Assembly: GCA_037379345.1 (NCBI GenBank) | Contig: CM074522.1 | Span: forward strand, 19,034,001-19,098,000 | DNA from: Perna viridis | Taxonomy: Eukaryota | DNA length: 64,000 nucleotides | Reading direction: 5' to 3' | Shown: positions 1 to 12,516 of the stretch, in pieces | How the letters are laid out: the number at the start of each line of letters is the position of its first letter | Numbering within the stretch: the stretch's first letter is position 1 | The notes under the pieces: generated by a model | The model's database searches: none | Seen by the model: the letters and a program-made list of their open reading frames with translations, nothing else | What the model was told of the DNA's origin: nothing | Program-made: the position numbers and the translations under genes

Positions 1-384
1 AATGCTGAGATGAGCCACCAGTGTGTTATAATTAACTGTACAGGTAAAACCACAAGTAGGTACATGTACCTGTTCAGTTAATTAGTCATTTCCTGTTGTA
101 TATTTGATAAAGGTGATGCTGGGGGATGGGAGTCTTGTTAATTAAGGGCCAATAAGCAATGAATACCTGGCATTGGATGCCAGGTATTTATCAGACTATG
201 CTGCGAGCTGTACTGTAGTATATACATTGTATGTATAATGTACATGTACAAGTAAACTTTTTACCTTAAGAACTGTGTTTAGGGGTACAAATTAGTGTTG
301 GTCCAAGGTCCAGTAAGTAGTGCTCAGAATCATGGCTACATTGCCCAACCCTACCCCTCTCCTTATTTCCAATGGCAATTAACA

Positions 385-900
385 TTTATAGACCCTTTTA
401 TCCTTGTGCCCCATTTTTCATTTCATTATCATTATCATTTCATATTTGGCCTGTCTGGCTGTCCGTCAGCCCCTCACAAAGTTCATCAGCACAACGCCTC
501 TGAAACTAAAGAACATCATATGTAGTTGTGCATATTACCACAAAATTTTGATACCCCAATTTTTTTAGGAGTTATGTCCCTTTGAACTTAGAAATTTGCC
601 AAAAATCCTCATAAATTACATGCAACTTCTCTGAAACTACTGAACCAAATTTTACTAGATGTGGTACATCATATGTAGCAAGAACATATTGTTAATGTGC
701 ATATTACTAAGAAATTTTTGATCTCCTAATTTTTGTGGGAGTTATGCCCCTTTGAACTTAGAAACTGATAATTCCCTTGTCAGGTCAAACTCTCAAATTA
801 CTGAACTGGCTAGCACAACTTCTTTGCAGCCTCTCAACAGAATTTTATGAAGCTGTTCTGTGAATGATTGATACTGCAAGTGGTCCACACAGGGGAAGAC
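385..900 (+). mobile_element. Degenerate Helentron/HINE-like non-autonomous element with internal satellite-like repeats
   Basis: ctgtctggctgtccgtc microsatellite-like block followed by repeated units (ctctgaaactactgaac...gtgcatattac...ggagttatgcccctttgaacttagaaa) at about 497-600 and 628-765. Confidence 0.5.
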
Positions 901-929
901 ATATGTTTTTGTAGACAAGAACAAACTTT

Positions 930-1013
930 AATTTTATCATCCATTTCATGTTCATCGCCTGGATATAGCTGAAATATTGCTGCTTAGGCAATAAACACCA
1001 ACAATCAATCAAT
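930..1013 (+). mobile_element. 3' tail fragment of the SINE family seen at 35829 and 58534
   Basis: catccatttcatgttcatcgcctggatatagctgaaatattgctgct...caacaatcaatcaatc matches the tail of the full-length copies. Confidence 0.7.
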
Positions 1014-2706
1014 CGACCAATATTACTTTATACAGAGCTGTACGGAAGAGGTTTGGTTTTCGGTAAGGGGACCTATTATTCCAAATTTTAAAAGGTCCTG
1101 CACCTTCTATTGTAATTAGCAAGTACATGTAGGAACACCTAGGTTTTGCGTCAAACCAAAATGTAACTATAGTCTTAACTGAGCTTAAATACATTAAGAA
1201 CTATTTATACTGGTAGTCAACTGACTGTTTTAGCTGTTTCATAGTTTCAGATACAATGTACATGTACATACATATGTATACTTGTAGATTGTGCAAAGTA
1301 CATGTACAAATGTATTTACTGGTATATAACTTACAAATGTTCATGTTTATGAACTTGGCAAACATTGTAAGATACTTACATATATGTACATACATGTAAA
1401 GTACAAATTTTGTTGCCATCTTGTAGCTGTTTATATTATACTTGTGGTGTACATACATTGTATAGAGAAGAGTATGACCACAATGGATAGGTGTCTGTTG
1501 AAATCTAATACATGTAAATAAAAAGCAGAATGCTGAGGTAACTCCCAACACATAAACTCAGTAAATACACACTTCAGGTGACTAAATACATAGAGATATG
1601 CTTTGTTTAATGTAACTTGGCAAGATGAGATATATTTTATGTACAATTTGCATACCAAGGTGAATATTTGTCATGGCATTTATTGATGAAAGGATACTTG
1701 ACACATGTAATTTGGTGAAGGCTATATACACAAAGTACATCATGTAATAGTGATTTCATTTTACCCTTTTATTGCAGCTGAATATCAGCTGTTTCCCCTG
1801 GAGTCATTTCCCAAAATGTTGAAAAATATTTTTCCCAAAGGGAGGGAAATTCCCAATTTTCAGGCATAATTTTTTTAAAATCAGGTAAAGAAGGCAGTGC
1901 AATGTTCCTTGAGATGCTATTTCTCAGCACAGTACTTTGTTCACTTATGGGGAATTTTTTTTTTTTTTCAGCAAGTCGTAACCTAATGAATATTGGGAGT
2001 ATGTATTTATCAGTTTGGTATTGTTTTCAGTTCTGGTTGGTATACATGTATAACACCGTTCTGTCCCTTATATCATATCATATTATGTGTTGAAAATACG
2101 GCAAAAATTTCCCAAAAATAAAGGGTTGGGGGCTGCTTTCACTGTGTGGGAAGGACTTGTTTTATATATGTATTGATGGCAGTGCTCGGCTTTAGCCACT
2201 AACCTGTAGCCTGGGGCTAGTATACATTGATTGGGCAAGTGAAATAGTGTGTACTTTTCTTGTTTTGGGCAAGTTTCGTACTACACTGTCCTCTACTATT
2301 CGGGCTTGTCGTTGAGAATTTTGAAGGAAAGGACTGTGATGGACTCAAGTTCGTTTGTTTTTTTTTTTTAAGTGACCCATACTGTCTTAAAACTTTTTTG
2401 CAGTTGACCATAAAAATATTTACATGTACATGTACATGTTGTAATGGTAATAATATTTATTTTTATTTCATGTACATGTACATGTATGTATAGTACATGT
2501 ATTTGTTGTAATTTAAATTTTCATTTAAAAAAATTCATCTTCCTAGTAATTGCTTCAATATTTTTTTTTTCAAAATTTATTCATTTTTATAAACAATTAT
2601 TTAGTACTTGTGAATTTTTTGTAAAAACTTGAGCCTATTTCTGTGCTTTTCGAGACAGACATGATTACATACATTTAGGAGAATAAAAGATAGCTGTTGA
2701 GTACCA

Positions 2707-3021
2707 TTCTGTGTAAGAATTAGGCAATGGGTGGCACATCATTTTTCTCAGTTTGGTCTTTTTTGCCTCAAGTATGTGACAGATAGTTTTTGACTACTTA
2801 TATAAGGGAAAAGTGCAGGAAAATTTTCCTGGTATCTGTTGTGCTTTTCAAGAAAATTTGACCTTTCAATATCTGAAAAAGGACGATTTTGATGGTTATT
2901 TCTGGAGGTTATAAGATTGTAAATACATGTACATTTGCTCTTGGATAGTGCAATAAAAACTCAGTTTTTTTTTTTCATGTGCCACACCTTGTACAGGGTT
3001 TGCCTGATTCTTAGACAGAAA
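2707..3021. mobile_element. MITE
   Basis: Terminal inverted repeats TTCTGTGTAAGAATTAGGCAA / TTGCCTGATTCTTAGACAGAA. Related termini occur at 38303-38694. Confidence 0.55.
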
Positions 3022-6000
3022 AGTACTTAAACATTGAAAGCATTGTAATATACAGTATTCCCTTGAAATGGGAATTTCTGTAACATTGTAATTGCAAAGT
3101 TCTTGTGAATTGCATAATTTTTTCAGACATTAACAAGAATCCCCTGTACTTTAAAAGTGTTGACTCATTTTCAACCAAGAAGATGTTTTTACATCTGAAA
3201 GCACCTGCAAAATGAAAGTTAAATGTTTGCCTCCATCTCTGATAGGGATTTTAACATCCTTGACGAAAAGTTGAATAGCCAATTAAGGCTAAATGTTTGT
3301 TCCTCAAAGCTTCTAAAAATGTATCTTTTGAACAGTTACCACATGCTATTTTAATATTTTTTGCCATATTATATGCTTGTCATGATCAATTAGAAAATAT
3401 TGTTACATGTGAGGCCAAAAAAAATGATATGTCTTTTTCCTGATTCCTGATTTTTTATGCATACCCTAAACATAATATTTATTATGTCATTATACAGCCT
3501 TTTTGACTCGAGCACTGTTGAAGTCTAGATTATTTCCCCTTTAGTTCAAGGTAAAAGGTCTCAGTCATGTATTCTTTTACCCATAGGCTTCTGTAGTATA
3601 CCTTAAATTTTCATGATTTTTAAAAAAATAGACAAAGTTTCAATCTATAGTTTGACCATGTTTTTCAATTACGGAAATGTCAAAAATAATTTTAGGTCCA
3701 TTTTAGAAAAAAAGGCACGAACTTTGGTACACCAGAACAGGTCAACTAAAAACAGGCTTTTTCTACTTCCACTTTTATTTTGAGTTCATAAAATAGACCT
3801 GTTTTCTGAAGCATTATTTTTCATGAAAATACTGTTTTTCTTCAAAAACAATATTTTTGTGTCATAGATTGATATTTTCCCTGTACTTGTGATGAAAAAT
3901 GATAGTCATTTGCCTAGAAATGAAAACAAGAAAAGGCAAAAAGGAAGCACACTGTATTTTTTAGCCTCCATGATTTGATGTACACCTGCTCAGGAATATG
4001 TAATACAAGACTGATACCAAAAAGTTTATGAAAAATAATTTCCATACCAACCTATCCTATTTCATTCTTGCTGGTGGCAAGAAACAGGACTTATTATTTT
4101 TTTGGCCTGACAGGATATTTGTAAACATAAAAATGGACATCATCTGACATCATAAACGTATTACTTAATTAGGGTATGACATATGAAGATTTATGTAGGA
4201 GGATTATAGTAAGTGTTAAAATAAATGAGTGTAATTGACTGATGTTAATAATTAGGTGTACTGCCTTGAGGAATTTCATATCATCATGCCAAAGAATTTT
4301 GTACCTTTTTCATGGCACTGAGGTAGGATCATCAAATGTGTTTCAAGAAAACTGAACATGCATATATATATATATGTATACATTGTACATGTACATGTAA
4401 TGTTCATTACACAATGTCTTTTAGGTACATATTGTACCAAGATTACTGATTAGTGATAAAGCAGAATTTTTTTTCCAAAATTATCTTGGAAGAAATTGTA
4501 ATAGAAATTTCAGTTCAATTTGAAATGTACATGTCATGTATTATATTAATTTTGAATTAAGTGTTTGTACGATGTACATTCATATGTGTTCACCAGTCTA
4601 ATTATATAAATTACATCTGCATTTTGTATTGTACATTAAAAAAAATATACCAGTACAGCATGTACATGTACAGACTGTAGACATAATGTTCTGTTAATTA
4701 TTTTCTGGGGGACTTCCAGCCTATTTCTCCTAAACATGTATTACAATGTACAATTGTATTGGAGAATTTCCAGTGAATTTTATCAAGATGTTGTCTTCAC
4801 TGCCAATCAATGTTATTAACAAGTCTGTAGTGGGATTTGTTTACTGCCTGATTTAATTTACATCGTGTTCATTCAAACTTCTATCAACACCATTCACATG
4901 CCTTCTTATATTTGATGGAATTTATTCAAGGACATGCATACAGGTACATGTAATGTTATGAATTACTCTTTTATTTTTGAAGATGAAGATGTTACCTTGG
5001 TTTAAATAATTGATTTTTGAATAATACTAGATAAATGCGTGTACATGTATTGTGGTGGTAGAAAAATATTACCCTCAGTGACTTCAGTAGTAACGAGTGG
5101 GTGGTATTTTGGAATCACCTTGTCCGTCTGTCGTCTGTTGGAATTTTGTTGCAGTTATGTCAGCTTCCAATTGATGGATTGATTTCATATATAGTATGTA
5201 GCTTTATATAGTTTGGGCATATGATGTAAGGGATTTTAGGTGCTGTCAGATATCAACTTCTTGTTTCATGGGACCTTTGCCATTTTTGACAACATGGATT
5301 GAAAAAGAAAACTTTTGTCACAACAATCTGTGGATGAATCCATCTTAAATTTGTTGTATCGTTTTATATAGTTGGGCCTTATGTTATACATGTAAGTGAT
5401 TTTGGTTGCTTTAGGATGTGTATGAATGGAGGTATACCTACCTGTATACGTAATTTCTATATCGTGTTAGCATATACATGTACATGTATACCGAGCCTTA
5501 TATTGAAGCTATCTTTTGAATAAAGTACAAAATGTATTTTCATTTTACATATAAAGTTGTAAGAGACTGCTACCTAATGCCTACTTTTTTGTAGGTCAAA
5601 TCAAGGGGACATTTTTAAGACATTCATGACACATGCTTTGCACATTTTTTGGGGGGGCACAACTGTTAGGCGTCTGCCCAAATTATCCCATAAGACTTCA
5701 TTCAGACTTCTAATTTACATGTACGTGTACCAGTTTGTACTGATCAGTCTAATGTAATTTTAATATATATGCAAAAATACATCAAATAGATATAGATGTA
5801 TTGAGTTAGGGGTCATATCAGGTGATTGACATGTAAAATTGTACAAGTACCTTAGAGGCAGAGGACATGGGGATGGTTTTGAGTTCATTCATCACATAAT
5901 GATGTCATGCTTAAAATATTTCTGCTATAGTAATAGCTACGTTTTGGGTACTCCTATCTCTTGCAGTTGTATTTCTTTTTCATCTCAGTTTGATGCATTT

Positions 6001-7549
6001 CCTGTTGGATGTTTTAAGTACAAACCATGTGATAAGGTTGGTACCAATAAGACAGCATTAATGAAGTTTGAAATGTTTGCCATGGTGGTCTTTTCTTTTA
6101 AAGCATTAGATCTGTTATTACAATGTAAGTGTGCAAATTTTACATACATGGTATACATGTATATGTATATGAACATATCTTTTGGGAATGGACTCTTGTA
6201 AACAAATTTAGTCTATAATGAGATAAAAATGTTTCTAAACAATACAAAGAGACATTGTCTGATTTTGAATTCTTCCATGTACATGTATATTGTCATTTCT
6301 TATATAGACTCTCCTTCTTTGAATATAAACCTGGAGTTTTTGACTAATAATTCGGTGATTTTTCTTGTTATTTTCTATGTACAAGAGACAAGTATAATTT
6401 TACTTTATTGCCATCATATTATGCAGTGCAGTCATCACAATAAACAGTATATTTATGCTTGTGATTGTGTGTTGGACTTGGTGTATTGTAAAGGATTTAT
6501 CTGATTATATCTATGGAGGTGCAGTATATTACTGCTTACAGTATTTATATATCATTTATGTATGTGGTTTTAAAAAAATTGAGAGTCTGTTTTTAAAAAC
6601 TGATTACAAGTTATAGTTCTATTTCTAAAAAAAAGAACAAAACTTTGAAGTGATCAGATACTAGTACATGTGCATACATTGTATATATAACCATTTAAGA
6701 CAACATGTCCCAGAACATGCATTTATCATGTCGACTCTCTGAACAGTAGTTGTTATTCAGATAAGGTACAATTTAATTTCATTGTCAATCAATTCTCATT
6801 TTCGATACACTGAAATATTTAAATTGTTTGAATTTGATGAGAGCTAATACTTAAGCCCTGGTATGTACATACTGCTATCTCGCTGGTTATACCTCTACGT
6901 TTAAAGGCCCTGAGGATAGATAACAACAAGGTGTGGCCCAAATATCACCGATTCTTAGTGTAAGAAATATGTTGCTACCGCAGGTCGAATGATTACGACC
7001 AAATATTATTGAGGTCATATGGAGGTGGTGAATGAGTAGTTTATAAAGGAAAAAGTTATTTTTGATCAGATTTTTGACAAAGGTGTTCAATACTGTAACT
7101 TTATGTCGGTGCATGTTGGATTTACTTAGATCTTTCCTAAGGTATAGATATTATATAATTTATTGAACTTTGTCAATTTTTTAAGTAAATTTGACTTTGA
7201 AATTGTCATATATATTTTGTGTCTCAAATAAGAAAAGTGTTTGCATTTAATGTTTGATCATCAGATGTAATTTTAACATAAAGTATCCAGTGAAAAAAAA
7301 TACTTTTCAGTGCTTAAATTTATGGCATATATACTCTTTGAAACCAAGGGAAGTAATTCTGCCAAACAGAATTTATGAATAGGGGAGATAATTCCTTTAG
7401 CTTTAATTGAGTGTTGGTTTTACATGTTTCAATTTAACTTTATTTACATACTTGTATTGTATATGGAAAGGAATGTTAGAAATTCTGGAAAAGAATATTT
7501 TTACATTAGGTGGGCTGAAAATTAATTTCATGTTAAGTAGCTGTCTTTG

Positions 7550-7919
7550 TAAGAATCATGCAAAATCTGAAAAAAGTGATACACCCCAAAAAAGGCTACA
7601 TATTTTTATTTTTGTAAATAAGTTGTTTTATGGGTCTATACTATGAAATATGTAATTATTCATTCAAATCTGCCTGCTCTTAGGAGATAATCCACATTGA
7701 AAATCCAGTAGATTCTATTGTATTTGAGCGCCATTTACAGAGTTATCTCCCTTAATTTTGAAATCTACAGTGCATTCTATATAATTTTTATCTTCTAAGA
7801 GCATGGGTTATATGAAAAACCACATGTTAATTTCTGTTTACTATGACATTTCAAACAAAATATCAAAAATAAAAATATGTAGGCTTTTTACCCATGAATC
7901 AGATTTTGCATGATCCTTA
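7550..7919. mobile_element. MITE; a second, inverted partial copy lies at about 52904-53240
   Basis: TIRs TAAGAATCATGCAAAATCTGA / TCAGATTTTGCATGATCCTTA. The internal sequence recurs as its reverse complement near 52.9-53.2 kb. Confidence 0.65.
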
Positions 7920-9166
7920 GTTGGAGTGCTACTTAAGTCAAGTGTCAGTGGATCAAAGAATGGCAAAAACATACAACTTACAAGTCTGACATTTTATTAA
8001 TGGTTTTTTCGCCCTCGGTAGTGGATATCCCTGGTATGTAAACAAAGGGACCAAACATCTTTTAACATCTTACCACAAGCCACTGACTGATATATTTTTA
8101 AGACCATTATCTAAAGCTGTTGATCAATAATAATATAATCGTAATGTTTTGGCTTCTTGTCTATTGTCAAAGTACACATTGACATTAACAGACAACAGGG
8201 CTAGGAATTCCATTAGTTCATAAAATTACTTGTTATAGTAAGATTGATTTGTCAGTAGTATTGCTGGGAAGACAATCAGTGGCACATCCCAAAAAAAAAA
8301 TTGTAAAAAAAAATAGGGGGGCTGAAGGGCCCACTCAAGTGAATTTCATTTTTTACTACATGTATATGTTTATACCATAAGCAACCAAACTTTTTGAGAT
8401 TAGAGAGGAAGGGCTTCAGGGCTCACCACCCTTGAATCCATCTATGACAATGACCCGTACATGTATATATTACACTGAACAACATTCATAATACATACAG
8501 GGTGAATGAAAAAGGCAGGATTTGAATCAATAACTCATGAAAAATAACTCTTGAGTTTTTACTGAAAGAGAAAAATAAACAAATAAACATTCAATGTTTT
8601 GGGCGTTAAAAAGAAGTTATAAATGGCAACCAGGAAGACAATTACTCCTACACTAATCCAACACACCCACCAAAAATATCAACATCTGACATTTTAAAAA
8701 TCAGAAATCATTACAATTTTGATCATACTAGTTCATATAGTATTTGTACCTGTTGCATATCGACCATTGCCCTGGATGAATCACACTTGTGCTTTTGAAC
8801 AATCATAGTTGCATCTTCTTTAAATTCAAATGAAATTCATTTGGCTTTTGAATTTATGTAGCATACATTAAATGTACTTGTAATTGGCATAATTTACAAA
8901 AAGGTGTTTCACCTTTGTGGCCATTCAAAGAAAATGGGGTTAAAAGGCAGCATTTCACTTACACTAAAAGAGGTATCCATGCATGAGTTGGGCTTTATGT
9001 TGAAAAATTGTGATTTCTAGAATTTCTAACATTTCTTTCTTTCTCTCTTCAGGTTGACTGATCTTTGTTGGTAGTGGCTGTTGTTGTGGCAACTTTAATT
9101 GTTGATTCTTGGTTAAAACTTTTCCCCAGTCAGCCTTGTTTCTTGGGTTCTACTTTCTGTTGGAAA

Positions 9167-9922
9167 ATGAGTGTTAATGGTGATTCTTTGCCGACAAATC
9201 ATGTCGAACTGTATGTGCGTGCAGGTAAAGATGGTGAATGCTATGGAGCATGTCCATTCTGTCAGAGGTTTTATATGGTTTTGGATCTTAAATCTAAAGC
9301 CGGTGAATTAAGTTATGACGTGATAACCATCAACATGGCTAGACCACCTCTAGATTTCAAGAAGTTAGCCAATCGCTTGCCAGTGTTGAAACATGGCGAT
9401 GAAATTAGGACGGACAATGATGAAATCATGCAGTATATTGATGAAACATTCCCATATCCAAACCTTCAGTATGATAACATGCAGGCACACTCAGTCTGTC
9501 TTGATATTTTCTCCAAATTCTCCTACTTCATCAAGCAAGTGAGTCACTCAGCTGACCATCTGTTGAAGGAGCTACAGGCAATTAACGATTTCTTGGAAAC
9601 TGCCAACACTACATTTCTGTGTGGTGAAAAGCTCACTCATTTAGATTGCCTTATGCTGCCAAAACTTCAGCACATTCGTGTTGCTGCTAAAGCCTTCAAA
9701 GATTTTGAGATACCAGATGACATGATTGGATTATGGAAATACCTGAAGGCTGCTTACAAGGATGAAACATTCCGAAGAACGTGTCCATCGGATCAGGAGA
9801 TTGTCTACCACTGGGAGTCTAAACCAGAGACTCCATCTCTCTCTGAGGAGAAAATGAAACTGTATAGCACAGACGGATACAGTCAGCCAAAGTTCTCATT
9901 TGACACTCCATTGAAAGTATAA
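9167..9922 (+). CDS. CLIC: Chloride intracellular channel (CLIC/EXC-4 family, GST fold), 251 aa, single coding exon
   Basis: Protein MSVNGDSLPTNHVELYVRAGKDGECYGACPFCQRFYMVL...FLCGEKLTHLDCLMLPKLQHIRVA...TFRRTCPSDQEI matches the CLIC signatures (ELxVxAGxDG, CPF(S/C)QR, DCxLLPKL, TCPxDxEI). Polypyrimidine acceptor ...ttctctcttcAG ends at 9052. There is an in-frame TGA at 9059, and the first ATG of the exon is at 9167 (aaaATGa). Confidence 0.95.
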   Translation: MSVNGDSLPTNHVELYVRAGKDGECYGACPFCQRFYMVLDLKSKAGELSYDVITINMARPPLDFKKLANRLPVLKHGDEIRTDNDEIMQYIDETFPYPNLQYDNMQAHSVCLDIFSKFSYFIKQVSHSADHLLKELQAINDFLETANTTFLCGEKLTHLDCLMLPKLQHIRVAAKAFKDFEIPDDMIGLWKYLKAAYKDETFRRTCPSDQEIVYHWESKPETPSLSEEKMKLYSTDGYSQPKFSFDTPLKV

Positions 9923-12307
9923 ATAAAGAGAAATAATTTAAAAAAGGAAGATAATTTAAGCATTATGTGATGAATGGCTTAAGTTGTAACAAATGAAGGG
10001 TTGTATTCACATTTTCAGCATTATTAAGCAGCTTATGTATTACCTTATCAACTTGGTGTGCCTGCTGATCAATTTTATATCATCTTTACCATTTTGACAT
10101 TGTACATGAATATATTTGTATGTTATGTACATGTACATGTTCGGCAACATTATTCAAGGGTTCAGAATACTCACCTTTATTGCATTCACATGTTAGTTGA
10201 TATGCTGATGGTTTATTTAACTTCAATACATATTTGTACATGTAAACATGTATATTTTGGAAAAACATATGCTGGTCTAGGATTTGTACAAGTAATTCTT
10301 GCCACTTGATTTTTTCTTCTTTCCTGTCAACCAAGTTCATGGCATAATTACCGTTAAAAAACAACTATAAAACAGATTTCTGAAACATGTATTTTGCTTT
10401 AAAAAATTACCTAATGATATACATGGGTGAAAAAAAAGTTTGGTAAGCCTTTTGGAGATTATGTGCTGGTGAGATGTACTCTTGTGAACAGTTTGTGTAT
10501 TAGAATACAGAAAAAAAACTCCCCAAAAATATAAGGTAAAATAACCCAACAGTGTGAAGGTACAAGTTGATGCTGTATCAACAGCTGTGAAGTACATACT
10601 ACAATGTACATGTGCATAAGTACATCTACATGCAGTTGAACCTGCCTTAGCTGAAATGGTGATTCGTTTAGACTGGTTTTACTGTACAAGTTGTATATTT
10701 CTTTATAAACTGTCTCAAAGGTCAATATTTTTAACGACCTTGGTATAAAAATCAGGAGTAGTACTGTACAATGTACAAAGAAAATTTGTAGATTTTAACA
10801 TTTTTAAGGTCTTTTATCAATAAAAAGTGAAATTTTTACATACATGTAAAGCTACAAATGTAAGTGCTCAAAACCTGTGTTATGGAAAAGTGCTATTTAG
10901 TCTGTTTATTGTAAATATTTATTTTTAAGTACATGTACATTTTGTACTACTCATACATGTACATTGAGCAGCTGTATTTCTTGTACATGTTTTCCTGAAT
11001 TTTTAAACATTGCAAAACAATGGTACAGTAGATGCATTTTATTAAGTGGTGTTTTAAAAAATTTTGTGTTAACATTGACCATTGGTAAAAAAAAAAAATT
11101 CAAGACCTACAGTATCCATTTTTTTTTTGTTTCTTGTTTTTGTTTTTTGGGTTTTTTTTTCTAATAGCTGTATTTTCATGTTTTTGTATATTTGCCCTAT
11201 AGATCATTTTAATACATGTACATTTATGTATATCTTAAACACGTGTACATGTGTATTTTTAATGTTTATATTATGACACAATTTTTATGTACATCTGTAC
11301 ATAATTTACAATTTTTCTTGTCTCCATGTGTATTCAATGTTTGAGACTTGCCCACTTAAAACATATTTTACAATGTACATTTAAAGGTACCTGTTAGGTG
11401 TTTTTTTTACATCCAATAAGCATACATGTACTTGGAAATCCTGCTACAGTAATTAATTATTTCTATTCTCAAAGCATAGGTTATGTAAGTCTTGTTACGT
11501 GACCCCGGTGATTTCACGAGAATGGTCTTAGTCTACAATTCGTTTTGTACAGTGTTTCTACATGATAAAAATGTATTTTAAAAGAAGAAAATATGAACTA
11601 GAAGATTTTGCATTGTTCGCAGCATTTCGAGTACCTGGAAGTAAACAATAAAATACAGGTCGGTCTCCGGTTTTCAATACGTTCTACATGGGAAATTCCA
11701 GTAAAGAAAATGAAACTAGAACGAGACTTACAACAAGACTTACATACTCTATTGCATACAAGGCTTAAGATAGCTATCAAGTTATCAGACAGGCATTCTG
11801 AAATGGGTCAAGGGAGTGAATTCAAAGTGAAAGAAGTCTTTGAATTAAGACATGCAATTCAAAAACAAGAAATAAGAAAAATAAAAAAGAATTATTTACA
11901 GTATCTAGATCCAGTATAGTGATTTTTTTTAAATGGACAGCTGTTTACCTATCCTATCTCACCCCTTTCAGCTATCTTCCCTTTATTTAATGATTTTAAA
12001 TGTGAAAGAATGATGCTGGGCTGTAGGCTGTGCCTAACCCATTTTAGACATGTTAGATTATGCTTGCTTATTAGTAGAGTAGGCAAAAGAACAAGTGGGC
12101 AAGTGGCAAACACAGGTCTATAGATCCATCTTTATATGTCTCATATGTGTCATTTTTAGTCTATAATTAATCCAGGTTTATAGAGCTTTTCTAAACATAA
12201 AAACATACATGTATATTTACAATATAGTTTAGTTTACATGTCAACAGGAAGTCATCTCAGAAGTTTTCTCTGTACCTATTGAGGATTTTTTTTCTGAGTG
12301 TCTTTAA

Positions 12308-12516
12308 GGAGGTAGACCTACGGTAAGTGACATAACTCTTGAAGTCAGTGATATGTTTGTATCACATTCATTTTTATCAGTCTATCAAGCTTTCATTTGA
12401 AACAGAATGAAAACAGTCCAAGCTACTTTGATACTTACATGACATTGATGTAAAATGACGAATACAAATTTCAAATGATTTGTATGAGTTGTGTCCCTTA
12501 CCCTAGATCTACCTCC
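12308..12516. mobile_element. Kolobok-like MITE with TTAA target-site duplication
   Basis: ttaa|GGAGGTAGACCTACGGTAAGTGACATAACTC ... GAGTTGTGTCCCTTACCCTAGATCTACCTCC|ttaa. A fragment of the same end is at about 53305-53358. Confidence 0.7.

Noticed and set aside
295-8900. Short ORFs rich in C, T, Y, M, H and V
   Set aside because: They are translation artefacts of TACATGTA-rich intronic DNA and repeats, with no domain similarity or consistent splice structure.
9065-9166. 34-aa hydrophobic N-terminal extension of CLIC in the ORF track
   Set aside because: It starts at TTG in a eukaryotic gene. CLIC homology starts right after ATG 9167, so this is 5'UTR.
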